NCBI GenBank assembly: GCA_028534125.1
Contig: CM052816.1
Location: 57,724,001 to 57,788,000, forward strand
From: Lama glama
Lineage: Eukaryota
DNA: 64,000 nucleotides
Direction: 5' to 3'
Notes under the pieces: model-generated
Databases searched by the model: none
What the model saw: the letters and a program-made list of their open reading frames with translations, nothing else
What the model was told of the DNA's origin: nothing
In this document: one piece after another, positions 10,793 through 23,246 of the stretch
Numbering within the stretch: the first letter of the stretch is position 1
Layout of the letters: each line of letters opens with the position of its first letter
Made by a program: the position numbers and the translations under genes

Positions 10793-13700
10793 GCTGCGTG
10801 AGCCTGGGGGACCACAGACCACTTCTTCTCCCACCCTTTAGGCACAACTTTGACTCCTGCCTGCCTCACTGAGCCCTTTGAACCCTTCACTTTTAACAGA
10901 GACATTCTTGCCTGGCAGGGGCTTACTGTCCCCTACGATACAGTTGTAATCAGGGGCTCCTTTCTCCTCTTCATTCCTTGTGTTGAGTCTACCCTTGGGC
11001 TTTGAGCATCAACTGTACTTTTTATCTTATCAGCTGGTGGTAGAGCATGTAAAGGTGTTAAAATAAGAAGGGAGTCACTGAGTTTGTAGTCCCCTAAAAA
11101 TCCACCTCGGTCCAGGCTGACCAGCTCCCACTTCCCTCATCAGTTTGGGGTTGTGTGCGATGTAGGGGCACAGAGGCAGTTCTATTTCTCTAGGCCAAGG
11201 GCCTCAGAGGGACCTGGAGGATTTCTTGGACAAGGAATCCCCGAGGATTTTGAGGGTTCTCTCTGGTACCAGTGCACAGAAGATGGCACATGATGGGCCC
11301 AGTGATGTAGGAAGCCAAGTAAACATGATGTTTCAGGCTGCCCTTCACCCCAATGACAGTGCACCATGGATGGTTCCAAGACGTCCAAAGGTGACGTCTA
11401 AAGGTCACCTTTACGGTTCAGAAACTCAGTCTGACCTGTCCTTGAGGGTGGATTAGGCTCCGGATGTCTGATCATACCATCCAACCCCGTAAGAGAAGGG
11501 CTGAAATGCCAGCTCTGAAATTATGCAGTTCAGCGCCCCCTGGGAGGTGGGCCTGGCCCTGGGAATGGCCTGTCATCTGGCAAACATCACTTCTTCCCAG
11601 TGGGCAGGTCCTCACAGGAGATCACAGGAGGTCGGAGGCTGCTTAGGAAAGTATATCTATCATTGAACAAAAAGCATTGGATGTTAAAGTGTATGTTTGT
11701 CAAACTTAAGTGGTCCTTCTCCATTCCTAGACATTTCTGAACAAGAACAGGTGTTAAATCACCCCCATCAGAGCCCTCTGTCTCCTGGCGATTGCAGAAG
11801 CATACCGCCAGGTTCCTCCTCTCTTTGTCCCCATCACCCTGTGAAGTGCCACCTGTTTGGTGTCCTCTTCATACCATCACCCCTCTTCATTTCAAAGGAA
11901 TTTTGGAGCATGTCTTCTTAACTTACAGATATGTAACGGGACCCTGTGTGTTTGTAAACTAGCTCCAGATCCCACTGTGGGATAGGCTACCTCCAAATGG
12001 CATCCTGCGTACCGACTTTGCCTCTCGTTTGTGTTGTGCTGGATTCTTGGAAATCTGGCCCTGGGTGGAGGTGCTGGGGTCCAGAGTGGGGAGATGAATG
12101 GAGGGCCACTTGCTTATCACCAGGCAGTTCACCTCCCTCAGAGATGAGTGGCAGGCTGGCTGGCTGCAAAGTGACACTGGAGTGACAATGGCACAGACCA
12201 TTGAACCTGAGCTTTATCGCAGTGACAGGGAAGAGTTATTCCCTTTACATGACTGACGTGGCTTGAAAAAAGAGACAGGCCTTGCTCCAGCCATACTCTT
12301 AAGAGCTGGCCATCTCCTTCACCCCAAAACTGGCCAAAAAAAGGAGAGTCTTTAAGTAACAGATTTTAATTTCTTGGGATTCTCACCACTAAAAATCCTT
12401 CCTGACATAAATCCCTCCCACTGTGGCCACATGAACTGGTTCTCTCTGGCCCTTGCTCAGTGGAAACAGCTGTCCACAGCAAGCAGAAACATTCGTTTAC
12501 TGTGGGATTAAGCATTAACAATAGGATGGAAAATTCGAGGAGAGGAAAGGTTTCCATTCTATATTGTTTTTTTTTTCCTTATAAAAAAAGTTACTGCCCT
12601 TCTGGGTTCTTTTGCTATTGGCTCGACTTCTGGACTCCTTGCTTCTTGGAGCCAGCTGGAGTTTATCCAGAGACCTGCGCCTGTAGACTTAAGCCATGTT
12701 TCTGAAATATGCTTCCCAGATTCTGCGTAAGCATGCAGGGGTTGATTTGGATGCTATCCTTGTAGTGGCCACACTCCATAATAGCAAAGAACCAGCTGCC
12801 GTCTTTGGAAAAGCTGTCCAGGAAAAGCAGCCATCCAGAATTTCCGGGACAAGTTCTCCTTTGAGATGGGTGAAGCCGGGAGCTGCCTGTGTTATGAATC
12901 ACCAGGTCATCTGCAGCCTGGCCTGAAGCGGAGGCCTGAAGGCTGAGGGCAGAGCAGAGAGAAAAGGATGAGGTCTCCCTGAAAAGAGTCCCCACCACCT
13001 CTGCCAAACTGGCTCCATTTCCCCCTCCAGCTCTTGGATGCTCCCTCAGGGGAGAAACTGGGTGGGGACATGTTGGGGCCCAGTGCTTGAGATCTGGGTT
13101 CTCAGGCTGGCATTGAGGGGGTTAAGGCAGTGACCAGATAGCAGCCTTTTGGCAGCAAAGCCCTCCTCAGCAGAAGGAAGGATATAGCTGTATGAACTGC
13201 CTGCTTAACAATGCCTCGCAATGTCCCCAGGGGCCCGCCTGCAAATAGATTTCATCTTGCTTTCTCTTGTACTTTTCAAAGCTTCCTGTTTTCTCACGGT
13301 CCTTTTGGACAGTTTACAGTCTCTCTCTCCCTCCCTCCCTCTCTCTCCCTTTGAGGAAAGGAACACCCTTCTTATTAAAAGAGAGAGAGAGAAGAATGTA
13401 AGGGAAGGGCAGTTTAGCGGAGGCCATTCTCCTCGGCTGCAGGCTGCAGCTCTTTGACCTTTTCTTTCAGAATAGGAAAACACAAGCTTCCTGGTGCATC
13501 GCTGTCTCAGGAGCCTGCCTCTTCTTGGCTTGGTGGGCCCCTGGCCCCAGCCCAGTGGATGCCCACTGCCATCACGCTGTCTCTGTGCACAGGGACTTCT
13601 CCCTGACTCTGGCCATCAGCACTGTCGCTGGGACTCAAGGGAAGTTGCTTGAGGTGCCTCAAGGCGCTGGACCGGGGAGAGATGGGGTGCCAGGAGGCCA

Positions 13701-14024
13701 GAATTAGGAGCTTCTGTGAAGATAAGAGGACAGAGAATCTGTCCGCTGTTTAAAGGGCTGACAGAAAATCAGAGAGTCAGATGATGGGCTCCTCAAAGCC
13801 TGCAATCTGGATGAACCTTCTCTTTCCATCCATATTTCCCAGGGCTGTGTCAGGCACCACTGCTTCCATTCCTTTATTCCTCAAGTAACCTGGCTGGTAT
13901 TTACTCAAAGGATTCTTCACTTGTTCCTTCCTTAATATTCCTTCCACATAATTTCGTTTAAAAAGACAGCACCCTCATCATCAAAGTGCTTTCTATTTTT
14001 GGAATGCAAAATGTACATGATAAT

Positions 14025-14160
14025 GATAGTAATAAGAGCTAATATTTATTGAGCTCTTACTATTTGCCAAGCCCTTTATATGAATTATCTCATTTGATCC
14101 TTATGAAAACCTTTGTGAAAACTGTGATCATCGTCGACATTTTACAGTAGAGAAAACGGA
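14025..14160 (-). mobile_element. MIR fragment
   Basis: gctaatatttattgagctcttactatttgccaag...atctcatttgatcctt...cattttacag. Confidence 0.75.
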
Positions 14161-16261
14161 ATAAGTTCTCTGTTCCTCTGGGGTCTCACCATCGCCTTTC
14201 TGCTCTGCTGTCTCAAAGCCTAACGATCTGTGCAACCCATTTTTAAAGGACAGTTCAAAACATTTGTTCCACTCTTCTGCTGCATTTTAGGTCCACCTCC
14301 CTCAAAAAATAGGTATAAAAGTGGGCCTAGATGGAAAAGCTGATATTTAGTGTCAGAGGCGAACTAATCCTTCTCATTAGAGCAGCTAAGAGTTCAAGAG
14401 GGGTGGACTGGTTGCGACAACCACCTGCGAGATGAAATCTGACTGCTTATCACTCCATGAGCTTCCTGTACCAGCACCTAGCCTTACTTTAATCTCCACA
14501 GACCTTGGCAGGAAGTGATTCAGCAAGTCTTGACCTGGGCAAGCTCTTAGTCTCACATCTTATGATGAAAGGGGCCTTTTAGATGACTGCTTTTCCCAGA
14601 AGAAGACACTCAAGTTCTGATGCTTCCTCCCAACTCTTCTTCCTTCCCATCTAACTCCCCTCCTCTACTTCCTGGACGATTCTACTTGGAGCTCACACTA
14701 GACCCCACCCAAGGGTGCCATCTTTAATTGACTCAATCCTCTTGTCCTGGCCCCTTGTCACTAACAGTGACTGAGGGGCCGCTCCAGATTTCACAGGCAC
14801 AAAGTATCTCCATATTTTTGTGTACTATCAAGTGAGGTCAATCTTCTGAGAAAGATGAAGAGGCCAGGTGTTTTGGATAAGGACCAAAGGCTTTGTGGAA
14901 GAGTCAGAGGCTGAGAGGAAGTGGCTAAGGGTACCTACTACTGACATATGACTGGTGTCCAAGTGCTTCAGGTCCTGAGTTAATTGTCTCTATCCTTCTG
15001 CCACTGAGGATTTTGGTTTGCAAACTAGTGGGTATAGGTTTAGTGGGAGCAAGGAAGAGAGTTGGTGATGGCTGCTTTGTGGAGTTTTTGCATGAGGAAG
15101 TGATATTTTTCCTGACTTGGTTGTTTATTTCCTAACCATATATTCAGATACTCATTAAGTGTTACTATATGTGTAGCCCTGTGCCTGATACTGGGGTTGG
15201 CCATAAAGAAGAAGAAGGTAATCCTTACATTTCTGTAGACTACCTGGGACACCTTTTAGTGTCCCAAACATCTTTCAGGGTTGGCATGCTGTTGCTTGGC
15301 CCTGGGAAGGCTCTCCATTGGCTACCAGTAGGCTACCATGAACCATGAAGGATAACTCTGGCATATAAAAATTAAATTTTATCAACAATGAAATTAGTCT
15401 CCTTTACCAATCAAGCATCAGATAATATAGCTGACCAGCCATGTCCCACAATGGAGTTTCTTCACTGAGGCCATAGGCCTTGACTTCGGGGAACGATATC
15501 ATTTATTAAAATGATAAAACATCCTGATGTCCCCATATGCCACTAAAATGCCCCAGGAAGTCCAGTACTGAATGAATCAATCCAGAAAAACAGGAGAAAG
15601 CTATGATAAAGGATCATGGAAGTTTCCCTGTCTAAGATGAGGAAGAATCTGGAAAATACCCAGTGGGAGACCTCATGATGTGTGCACACCCCTGTGTGTG
15701 CTGGGGTGGAGGTGGGTCGACGAGGAGGAAGGGGGTTGGGACCTCGGGGGAGTGAGTTGCAGGATCCACTCTTGCCCCAACATCACAGCAGTTGCATCAG
15801 CAACAAGCAGTGGATCATTATCACGACAATAATAGTTCCCTTGCCTGTAGTTTAAGGTTGATTGAAGTATCTGAAAATGTTTAATGAAGAAACGTTATTT
15901 CTGGTGTCAAAACAAAAACAAAAGGTACTCTACATATTCTTCAAGGTTAGGCTAAAATTTCATCTCCTTTATAAAACCCTTTCAGACCAATCTAGCTTCT
16001 AATATCTCAGCAACCACAGATGATAACCAAAAGTAGACTGTCATCCTCCCTGGGAGCCAGTGAAGGAGGAAGGTGCCCATTTCTTCCTTTGATTCTCTCT
16101 GCCTGGCCTATAGGACCAGGAGGCCTACCCGTCCAGGCTTGAACTAGTGCAGCAGCCTAGTTGATCTTCCAGCCTCTAGTTCCTCTCCCACTAAATGGCT
16201 TGTGCTTGACTACCCAGACCTTTAGCTGTTTTCTAGTCTTCTGCTGCAATGTGCCCCACCC

Positions 16262-16410
16262 CTTCACTCACTCAGCAAAGTCTTACTGAGACCCTATCAT
16301 GTGTCAAGCCTGGTACGAGGCAGGGATTATAACAAAAAGGCAGGCAGAACCTTCAGAGATTCTGCAGTCTACTGAAGGACCTAGAGATGCTGCAGTCTCC
16401 TGAAGAACTG
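16262..16410 (-). mobile_element. L2 3' fragment
   Basis: ttcactcactcagcaaagtcttactgagaccctatcatgtgtcaagcctgg. Confidence 0.55.
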
Positions 16411-17745
16411 TTCAGCTCAGCAACTCCAACAGCATCATCACTCCAAGTAATCAGGAACTCTCCCATGAACCAAATGAGATATGCCTTTTCTAAGATGACC
16501 CAATGTAGAATCTCTAGATATAGTTTTATTTTTTTTTCTCCTTAGCCAGAATGAGAACTGGATAAACTAAGCTAATAAAGAGAACTCTACCAGAACTTCC
16601 AAACATGTGCAAAACTGAGCCACAGGTTGATATGTCTTTATGAATTGCTTCTGTTGAGAATAAAAAGGAAGCAAGTATCCATCCCACATGTGGGGCTTTC
16701 TCCTGAAATTAGACTGACTCTCTCAGCTTTTCCCCTCTTGGGTCACCTTTTCCAAATGAATGTGGTGTGCAGGGGCTCTGAATAATGCGTGTGGGACACC
16801 CGTGTGCTGAATTCATTCTTGCTTGTAAGGAAGTAAAAAGGGGAAAAGTACTTAAAACTCCCAAATGTGAATCATTTAAAAGTACAGAGCCAGCCATTTG
16901 TTATCCATGCATGGATTATCTGTGACAAATTTGTATTCCCAGGATGGCTTCTTACTGCCCAGCGTTCTTTTAGGCTAATCTCCCAAGGTCACAGTTGTTA
17001 GGTCTATCCATACTCCCAAGGATGGCTCAACTCTTACCTCCATCACTACCCGAAGAAAACATTGCCTTCATTAATAAAAATTCAACCCAGAACCCCCAAC
17101 AGTGGCCCTAAAGACATCTCTTAGCGAGGAAGGAAAATTGGTGTCAGCTTCAGGGGACACCACATCCCAAGTCCTCTCTCCCTCTGCCTCTCACTCCATG
17201 TGGCTGCCCTCATGACACGGGTCCCTGAGAGTGGGAAGGAAAAAGAGGAGTATGTTCCTCCTTGATGCTCTGGGCCCAGCACAGACACAAAATCCTTCTT
17301 TGCATTCCTCACAGCACAGCCAAGGACAGGCTGGAGTTTCCAAGCCCTGCTTTGCTGAGGTTTGGGGACAAGAAAAGCAAGGAAAGACCCCCAGAGCAGC
17401 TGTTTGATTTACACCCTTTGCATCTGTACACATTGCCTTTGAAAAGGCAGCTCTGCTCTTCCCAAAGAAGCTGACGTACCACTGCTGTGGTCCATTATAT
17501 ATTGGCAATTGGAGTGGAATAGGAATGAAAAAAAAAAAAGAATGCATAACCAATGTTTGCTTTTTGTATACCTAGGATGATATTTTTAGTACTTCAAATC
17601 TGTACCCAGAGAAAAGACACACTCCTGCCTTTACACGTATTTTCATTCCTTTTAACTCTGAAATCCATCCCAATAATTAGCAAATTAAAAAATTAGAAAA
17701 ATACTGCCTGCTACAGTCTAACAGGAGAGTTATATTGGGGGGACC

Positions 17746-17990
17746 CAGTATGGTGTGGTGGTTGACCATGTGGCCTCTGGTGTCTGAGGACCTGAGTTCA
17801 CGATCCCAGCCCCAGCACCCACCAGCTGTGTGCCTCGGTTAGTCCTTTCATCTTAATCCCTCAGTTTGTCCGTCAATAGGGATGATAACAGCACCCATTG
17901 CAAATGATTGTTGTGAGTTAAACGAGATATTCCCTGGCAGACTTAGGACTGTGCCTTCCTTCTGTATTATAAACGCTCCATAAATATTAA
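17746..17990 (+). mobile_element. Near full-length MIR
   Basis: cagtatggtgtggtggttgaccatgtgg...cctcagtttgtccgtcaatagggatgataacagc...gctccataaatatt. Confidence 0.8.
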
Positions 17991-18363
17991 ACAAGTAATT
18001 GTGCCCTTATTATTAAAGTGAAGTACATTTTGAGCAATTGCTTTTCAGAGCAGCTTTCCTCCTTTTCAAAAGGTTGCATTCAAAAAAAGCTTTAATAGCT
18101 TTATAATTTTTACCCTGAGTATAAAAATCCCTGTACAACAGGAATAAAATCTCATTAATCCACCCCTACCTGCTCCACCTTTGGGCCTGGGATCAATCCA
18201 GCCCCCCTCCCTGAGTTCCATGGGGACACTTTCTTTAGAAGCAGCTTAAAAATGCCAAGATCCAAACAAAGTGGCAGCACGTCTGTCCTCACATCCTGGG
18301 TGTGGTTACCTGGGCAGTGTCCCCAACTCCGAGTAACCTGTGTTCTCCTCACTGTCCTGACAG

Positions 18364-18538
18364 CTGTGTGGGAAGGAGTTCAACCGGATGCACAACCTCA
18401 TGGGCCACATGCACCTGCACTCTGACAGCAAACCCTTCAAGTGCCTCTACTGCCCGAGCAAGTTCACCCTGAAGGGGAACCTGACTCGCCACATGAAAGT
18501 GAAGCACGGGGTCATGGAGCGGGGCCTCCATTCTCAAG
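18364..18538 (+). CDS. ZNF366: ZNF366 third coding exon (175 nt; fingers 10-11)
   Basis: Acceptor ctcactgtcctgacAG at 18363. LCGKEFNRMHNLMGHMHLH...CLYC...HMKVKHGVMERGLHSQ completes finger 10, which the intron splits as CK|LC. Donor AAG|GTAATC at 18538/18539, phase 1. Confidence 0.96.
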
Positions 18539-18799
18539 GTAATCACCCTCCCAGGAAGCCCACAGTGTCCCTGGCCAGTGGATCACAAATGGAAGCTGAA
18601 CTTGCTTTTAGGGAACTTTACCTTGGGGGGTTATTCCTATGGTCGAAAAAGGGACCGTAATTTTCAAGACCATAGCAGAGTAGCAGGAGCAGGCTGACAA
18701 TGTTACTGTAGCAAATGTAATGCTAATATCTGAAGATAGTAAGTAGAAGTGAATTATAGGGAGTAGATCAGAATATCATAACAATGCCATTCAGTACCA

Positions 18800-19010
18800 C
18801 TATTAGTTCCTTGCTTCAGACTCTGCAGCAGGTACTTTGTCTCTGTGAGTCTTTACAGCAGCTCTGGGCTGGAGGAACTTCTATTATTCCCATATTATAG
18901 ATGGGGAAACTGAGGCTTTGAAATATTAACTTGCTCAACCGATAAGTAGCAGAGTGAGGATTTGGACATAGACCTTTGTGACCCCAAAGCCTTTATTGTA
19001 CCAACTTCAT
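18800..19010 (-). mobile_element. MIR fragment
   Basis: tattattcccatattatagatggggaaactgaggct core. Confidence 0.75.
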
Positions 19011-20759
19011 ATCACTGCTGTTAAAGGGCATGTGACTTTTTTGCATTCTGAAAAGCAATTCTGCAAGTTTTGCTGTCAGCAGAAGTGTGTCTGTAGCAGG
19101 CTAGGTCTCCTCTACCTGTTTACACGCAGATACACCCAAGGATGGTTTTCCTGCTTGGTAGGGCTGATCAGCCCTTAAGCAGAGCAGGGACTTCTAGTTC
19201 CCCCACTGAATCCTAACTGAACTGATGAAAAGTTCCTGCCTCCTTTGTCTCCTCGGTCCCAGGGCCCTTAGCAGTAGAGTTTATGTTCTAGATGTACTGG
19301 ATTCAGTGGCCTGTCCTTCAGTAAATGGGCAATAAATGCTCTTTGTCCAACGCAGTGCGCTATATGACATGGTAGACACCAGGGAAATGAGACTGTCTTC
19401 GCCCTCTGGGAGGTCTGTGTGTGGGGAGAGAAGACACACGGATGTGCAACTGACAGTACTGTGTTAACTGGCTGCTGTTTTCTGACTCCAGTATGACCGA
19501 AGGGTGATGTACTTAGCTATTATTGCTTGTCCCCACAATCCCACAAAGCAGACTTTGTTATTCTCAATTTATGTAAGAGGACACCAAGGCCAAGAGGTGT
19601 TATATAAACTGCTGAAGGCCGAACACAAGTCTAAAGTCAGAACAGCGTTTCTCACTCAAGAATTTCTGACTCAAACCAGTGCTCACTGCACTGGGTAAAA
19701 ACACAGGGTGATTTTTCATATTTGCTGCTTCTCCCACCCCCTTTACAAAAGAAGTGGTCAGCTAGGCACCCATGTTCATAAATAGGATCTATGCTTGCCC
19801 ACCCAGCATGAAACAAAATGATTGTAGCTTTCAGATTCCTCAAACACCCGCTGAGTTTCTGGTGACCCTGGGTGACAGGAAACTGTGATCATCATAAAAC
19901 AAGGCCTGGAGTTTGTACAAAAGCCCTGAAAAAGTTCTGGTTAAAAAACAAAAGCAGTTTTTTTTTTCCTGAGAATGTTTTTCTCCTGAACAATTTTTTG
20001 TATGTGTAGTTGCCTGAGCCACTTCCCAAGTTAGGCCTGGATTTTTCCAGGACAGGTGAAGTTTGCTCAGCCTCTGGGGCTGGAAACATAGAAGGCCATG
20101 AGGAGACAGTCCTCCAGCTGAATGCCCGGCTGGCTCACCACGACTTGGCCCATATGGATGCTCAGATCCTAACAAGCACCTAGAGACTGTCGTTCTTCTG
20201 GAAAAATCAGGAGCATCACTATATATGAGAGTTGCTCTGAAAGATGTTAACAGGCTTTCCGCAAATGTTTTCATCTATAAAAGGTGTTAGCACTTCTTCA
20301 CTCTAGTTTTTGAAATGGCTCAAAAATCATGACGCAGATGAAAAAGATCCTCCCTGAACTGGACATCAGCTCGCTCTGTGCATCCTCACCCCAGAAACCT
20401 GGTTCTCCCTGTGCAGCAGGGTCTGGCTGCAGCCCAGACCCCTCCCTCCTACTTCTCTCTTCAGTCCGCCCCACCTGTTCCTCTAGGCCTGACTGTTTGC
20501 TCACCACTGGCTGAGGCCTTCAATTCACATCAAGGGGAGCCCTACCACGTGTCTGGTGGCTGCTGAAAAGTCCACCCCTACAAGGGTCTTCAAACTGAAA
20601 CTAAAAGCGAGACCCTCTTACATCACTGTGCCCACAGCAGGGACACAGGCTCCTCAGAGGACCCTCCTGTGCCTTCCCTACTCTGTCTACACTGAGGGGG
20701 CCGGTGATGGGGTGGCCTCCTTGGCCCCAAATGGAATATCTGTTTTTTTCAAGATGAAA

Positions 20760-21345
20760 ATATCTTTATTACTGTTATATTTTCCTTACGGTAAAACATA
20801 CGCCCACTGTTAAAAGTAAAAGAAGAAATATATTAGAAGTGAAAAAAATGTAAAAACCACCTCACAGTTAATCATTTTTGAGATTTTGACATACATCTTT
20901 CCAGACACTTTGATAGATAAAATTGAGTCTACACTATGAATATATATGATAAATACATATATTTTTTACATCCAGTATATAGAGAATACCTTTTATGATC
21001 AGTAGTAGCTCTCTACATCTTCTACACATAGAGAAGTACCTTCTACACACATACCTTCATATGGAGGTGCTATTATTTATTTAAACAAATCTCAATTGTT
21101 AAATTGATAAGTTATTTTCACAGTTTCACTGTTGAGGATGTGGTGATGAGCATCCTAAGACATACATAACACATCTGCCAGACTATTTCTATAGTTTAAA
21201 TTCCCAGTAGTTACTAAGTTAAAGATGTGCTTATTTTCAAAGCTTTTCGTGCCTGTTGCCAAACTCCCCTGAAAGGAGTCATACCGCGACGTAGACTCCA
21301 TCTGTGACAAGGCTCATCTCTCTACAGCCTTCCTGGGGATTCATC
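20760..21345 (-). mobile_element. Old L1 (L1ME-like) 3' fragment
   Basis: AT-rich block with tattatttatttaaacaaatctc...gtgatgagcatcc...ttgccaaact, typical of an antisense old L1 3' end. Confidence 0.6.
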
Positions 21346-21404
21346 TATGTTTAAAAAGTAAAATCAAGCCACACTAACTGGCCCTGGGTTCCACCCAGCT
21401 ACCC

Positions 21405-21880
21405 TTCCCGCGGCCTGAACGTTTCCCGGGGCCTGAACGTGCCTTTGCTCCGGCAGGTTTTGGAAGGGGGAGAATCGCCCTGGCGCAGACGGCGGGGGGC
21501 CTGAGGAGCCTGGAGCAGGAGGAGCCCTTCGACCTGTCCCAGAAGCGCCGGGCCAAGGGGCCGGCCTTCCAGTCGGACGGGGAGAGCGCCAGGGGCAGCT
21601 CGGGTCACGAGGAGGACGACGACGACAACTGCTACGAGGTGGAGCGGGACAGCCCGGGCCTTGGTCCCCGCAGCCCGCCGCTCTGCGCGCCCCAGGACCT
21701 GTCCGCCAAGCCCGAGCCAGGCCCCAGGGAGGAGGCGCAGGCGGAGGAGGACGCGCCGCGAGGGGACCGCCAGCCGAAGAGGCAGGACAGCCCCAGGCCA
21801 GAGGGCGGCCAGGAGAGGGGGTTTGGCCGCAGAGACGAGTGTGCCGGCCTCCGGGTCCTGCAGAGCGCCCGGCGGGCCCC
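21405..21880. other. CpG-rich segment over the last coding exon
   Basis: Dense CG dinucleotides from the acceptor region to ~21880, then an abrupt switch to AT-rich codons. Confidence 0.65.
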
Positions 21881-21980
21881 CTCTTTTTCTGATTACTTGT
21901 ACTTCAAGCACAGAGATGAGAGTTTAAAAGAATTACTGGAGAGGAAAATGGAAAAACAAGCAGTGCTTTTAGGGATCTAA
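21457..21980 (+). CDS. ZNF366: ZNF366 last coding exon (acidic C-terminus with PFDLS, PQDLS and LKELL motifs; TAA stop)
   Basis: Acceptor cctttgctccggcAG at 21456. The phase-1 join gives G-FGRGRIALAQTAGGLRSLEQEEPFDLSQK...YLYFKHRDESLKELLERKMEKQAVLLGI*. Total CDS 1332+192+175+524=2223 nt, 740 aa. Confidence 0.95.
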
Positions 21981-22906
21981 GTGGACGGTTTAAAAATTAT
22001 ACTTGGAAAATGAGAACTAGGCAGTGCAAATACAGCTTTCCGCATGAGCTCTCATTTGCTGGAGACTGGAGAAGGGCACGGGTCTTTACAAATGACTCAG
22101 ACTAAATGAGCAAGGAGTCCTCAGTCATATAAGTACTTCTCAGGTCATTCACTGGGCCCTTGATTTTTAACACACACACAGGGTCTTCAGCGTGTTTCCA
22201 TGGCTCTCCAGTATAATCCACTGTGCATATTTTTCTAGATACCTAATTGTGAGCTGATGCCGAGGTGCTTTTAGAAATTCTGTTTTCCATTGACTAATAT
22301 GCAATACACAGTAAATTTCTTTCTAGTTACAAAAATATGGTGCTTGACACGTTACCTTATTAATGACCATTTAGCTGAATGTGTGAAAGTTTTATTTCTC
22401 CAGATAGTTGAAAATATTAGTAGCTGTGTATATTAAAAAGTTGCCTTTATTGAATAATCAAAAGTACCAGAAATAACACAGGAGGGTGAGTTATTGAGGA
22501 GGAGGATGTCCTCAAGCAGTTGCTGCATATATAAAACAAAATTCCAAGAGAATTTGAATAATTCTGACTAAGGAAAACCCAGCAAGACTTAGATACCTGC
22601 CCAGGTCCGCCTTGTTCAGCTTTTGCTACCTTCATCAGACATGGCATCCTGAGCATGTGTCCAAATGTTTCCTGACATGTCTCAGTGTCGTTAAGCTAAC
22701 CCTGAGAAGAGCTCCCTCCTGGAGACCTTGCTCTGAGGTTTCATGCCCAATAAGGCAGTTGCAGGAAGAGCTGTCACCTCAGGAGTGGTGGGTTTCTCTT
22801 CAGTGCTGGAGCAGGGGATGGGGGAAGAAATTCTTCTTGAAGTCTAAGCTTGAACTTATTTGGTGTGTTAGAATAACATCAGCTAATCACTAGGAAGAGA
22901 TTCTGA

Positions 22907-23088
22907 GCTGTGTTCTCAATGTTGTCTGCACATTAAAATTATCTCAGGAGCTTGTTTAAAACTATCAGTGCTGGGGCCTGACCCCCTGAGGTTCTGACTT
23001 AATTGGTCTAGAGTAAAGCCCCAGCATTGGTTATTTTCCAGATTGCCCCAGATGCTTCTCATGTGCAGCCAGGGTTGAGAAATATTGA
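22907..23088. mobile_element. MER5-family hAT-Charlie element within the 3'UTR
   Basis: ttctcaatgttgtctgcacattaaaattatct...gtgcagccagggttgagaaatattg, with inverted ttctcaa/ttgagaa near the ends. Confidence 0.75.
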
Positions 23089-23246
23089 CTAGGCTAAAAT
23101 GGTGGCTCCCAAGGCCCCCTTCCAGGGACTCCATAAATATTTCTGCTTCCGGCTTCAGACTCATTAAGACAGAAAGCAAGAAACCTTGAGATCATATTGC
23201 TGACGTCGGCCTTATTACCTGTTCTGTAAGAGCCTCACAAGGGGCT

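Noticed and set aside
16355..16410. 28-bp imperfect tandem duplication (similar small ones at ~42168-42218 and 43223-43253)
   Set aside because: Two-copy slippage duplications inside decayed transposons. No array structure and not CRISPR-like.
21399..21927. Antisense (170 aa) and shifted-frame (88 aa) ORFs over the last exon
   Set aside because: By-products of GC-rich coding sequence, with no independent gene signals.
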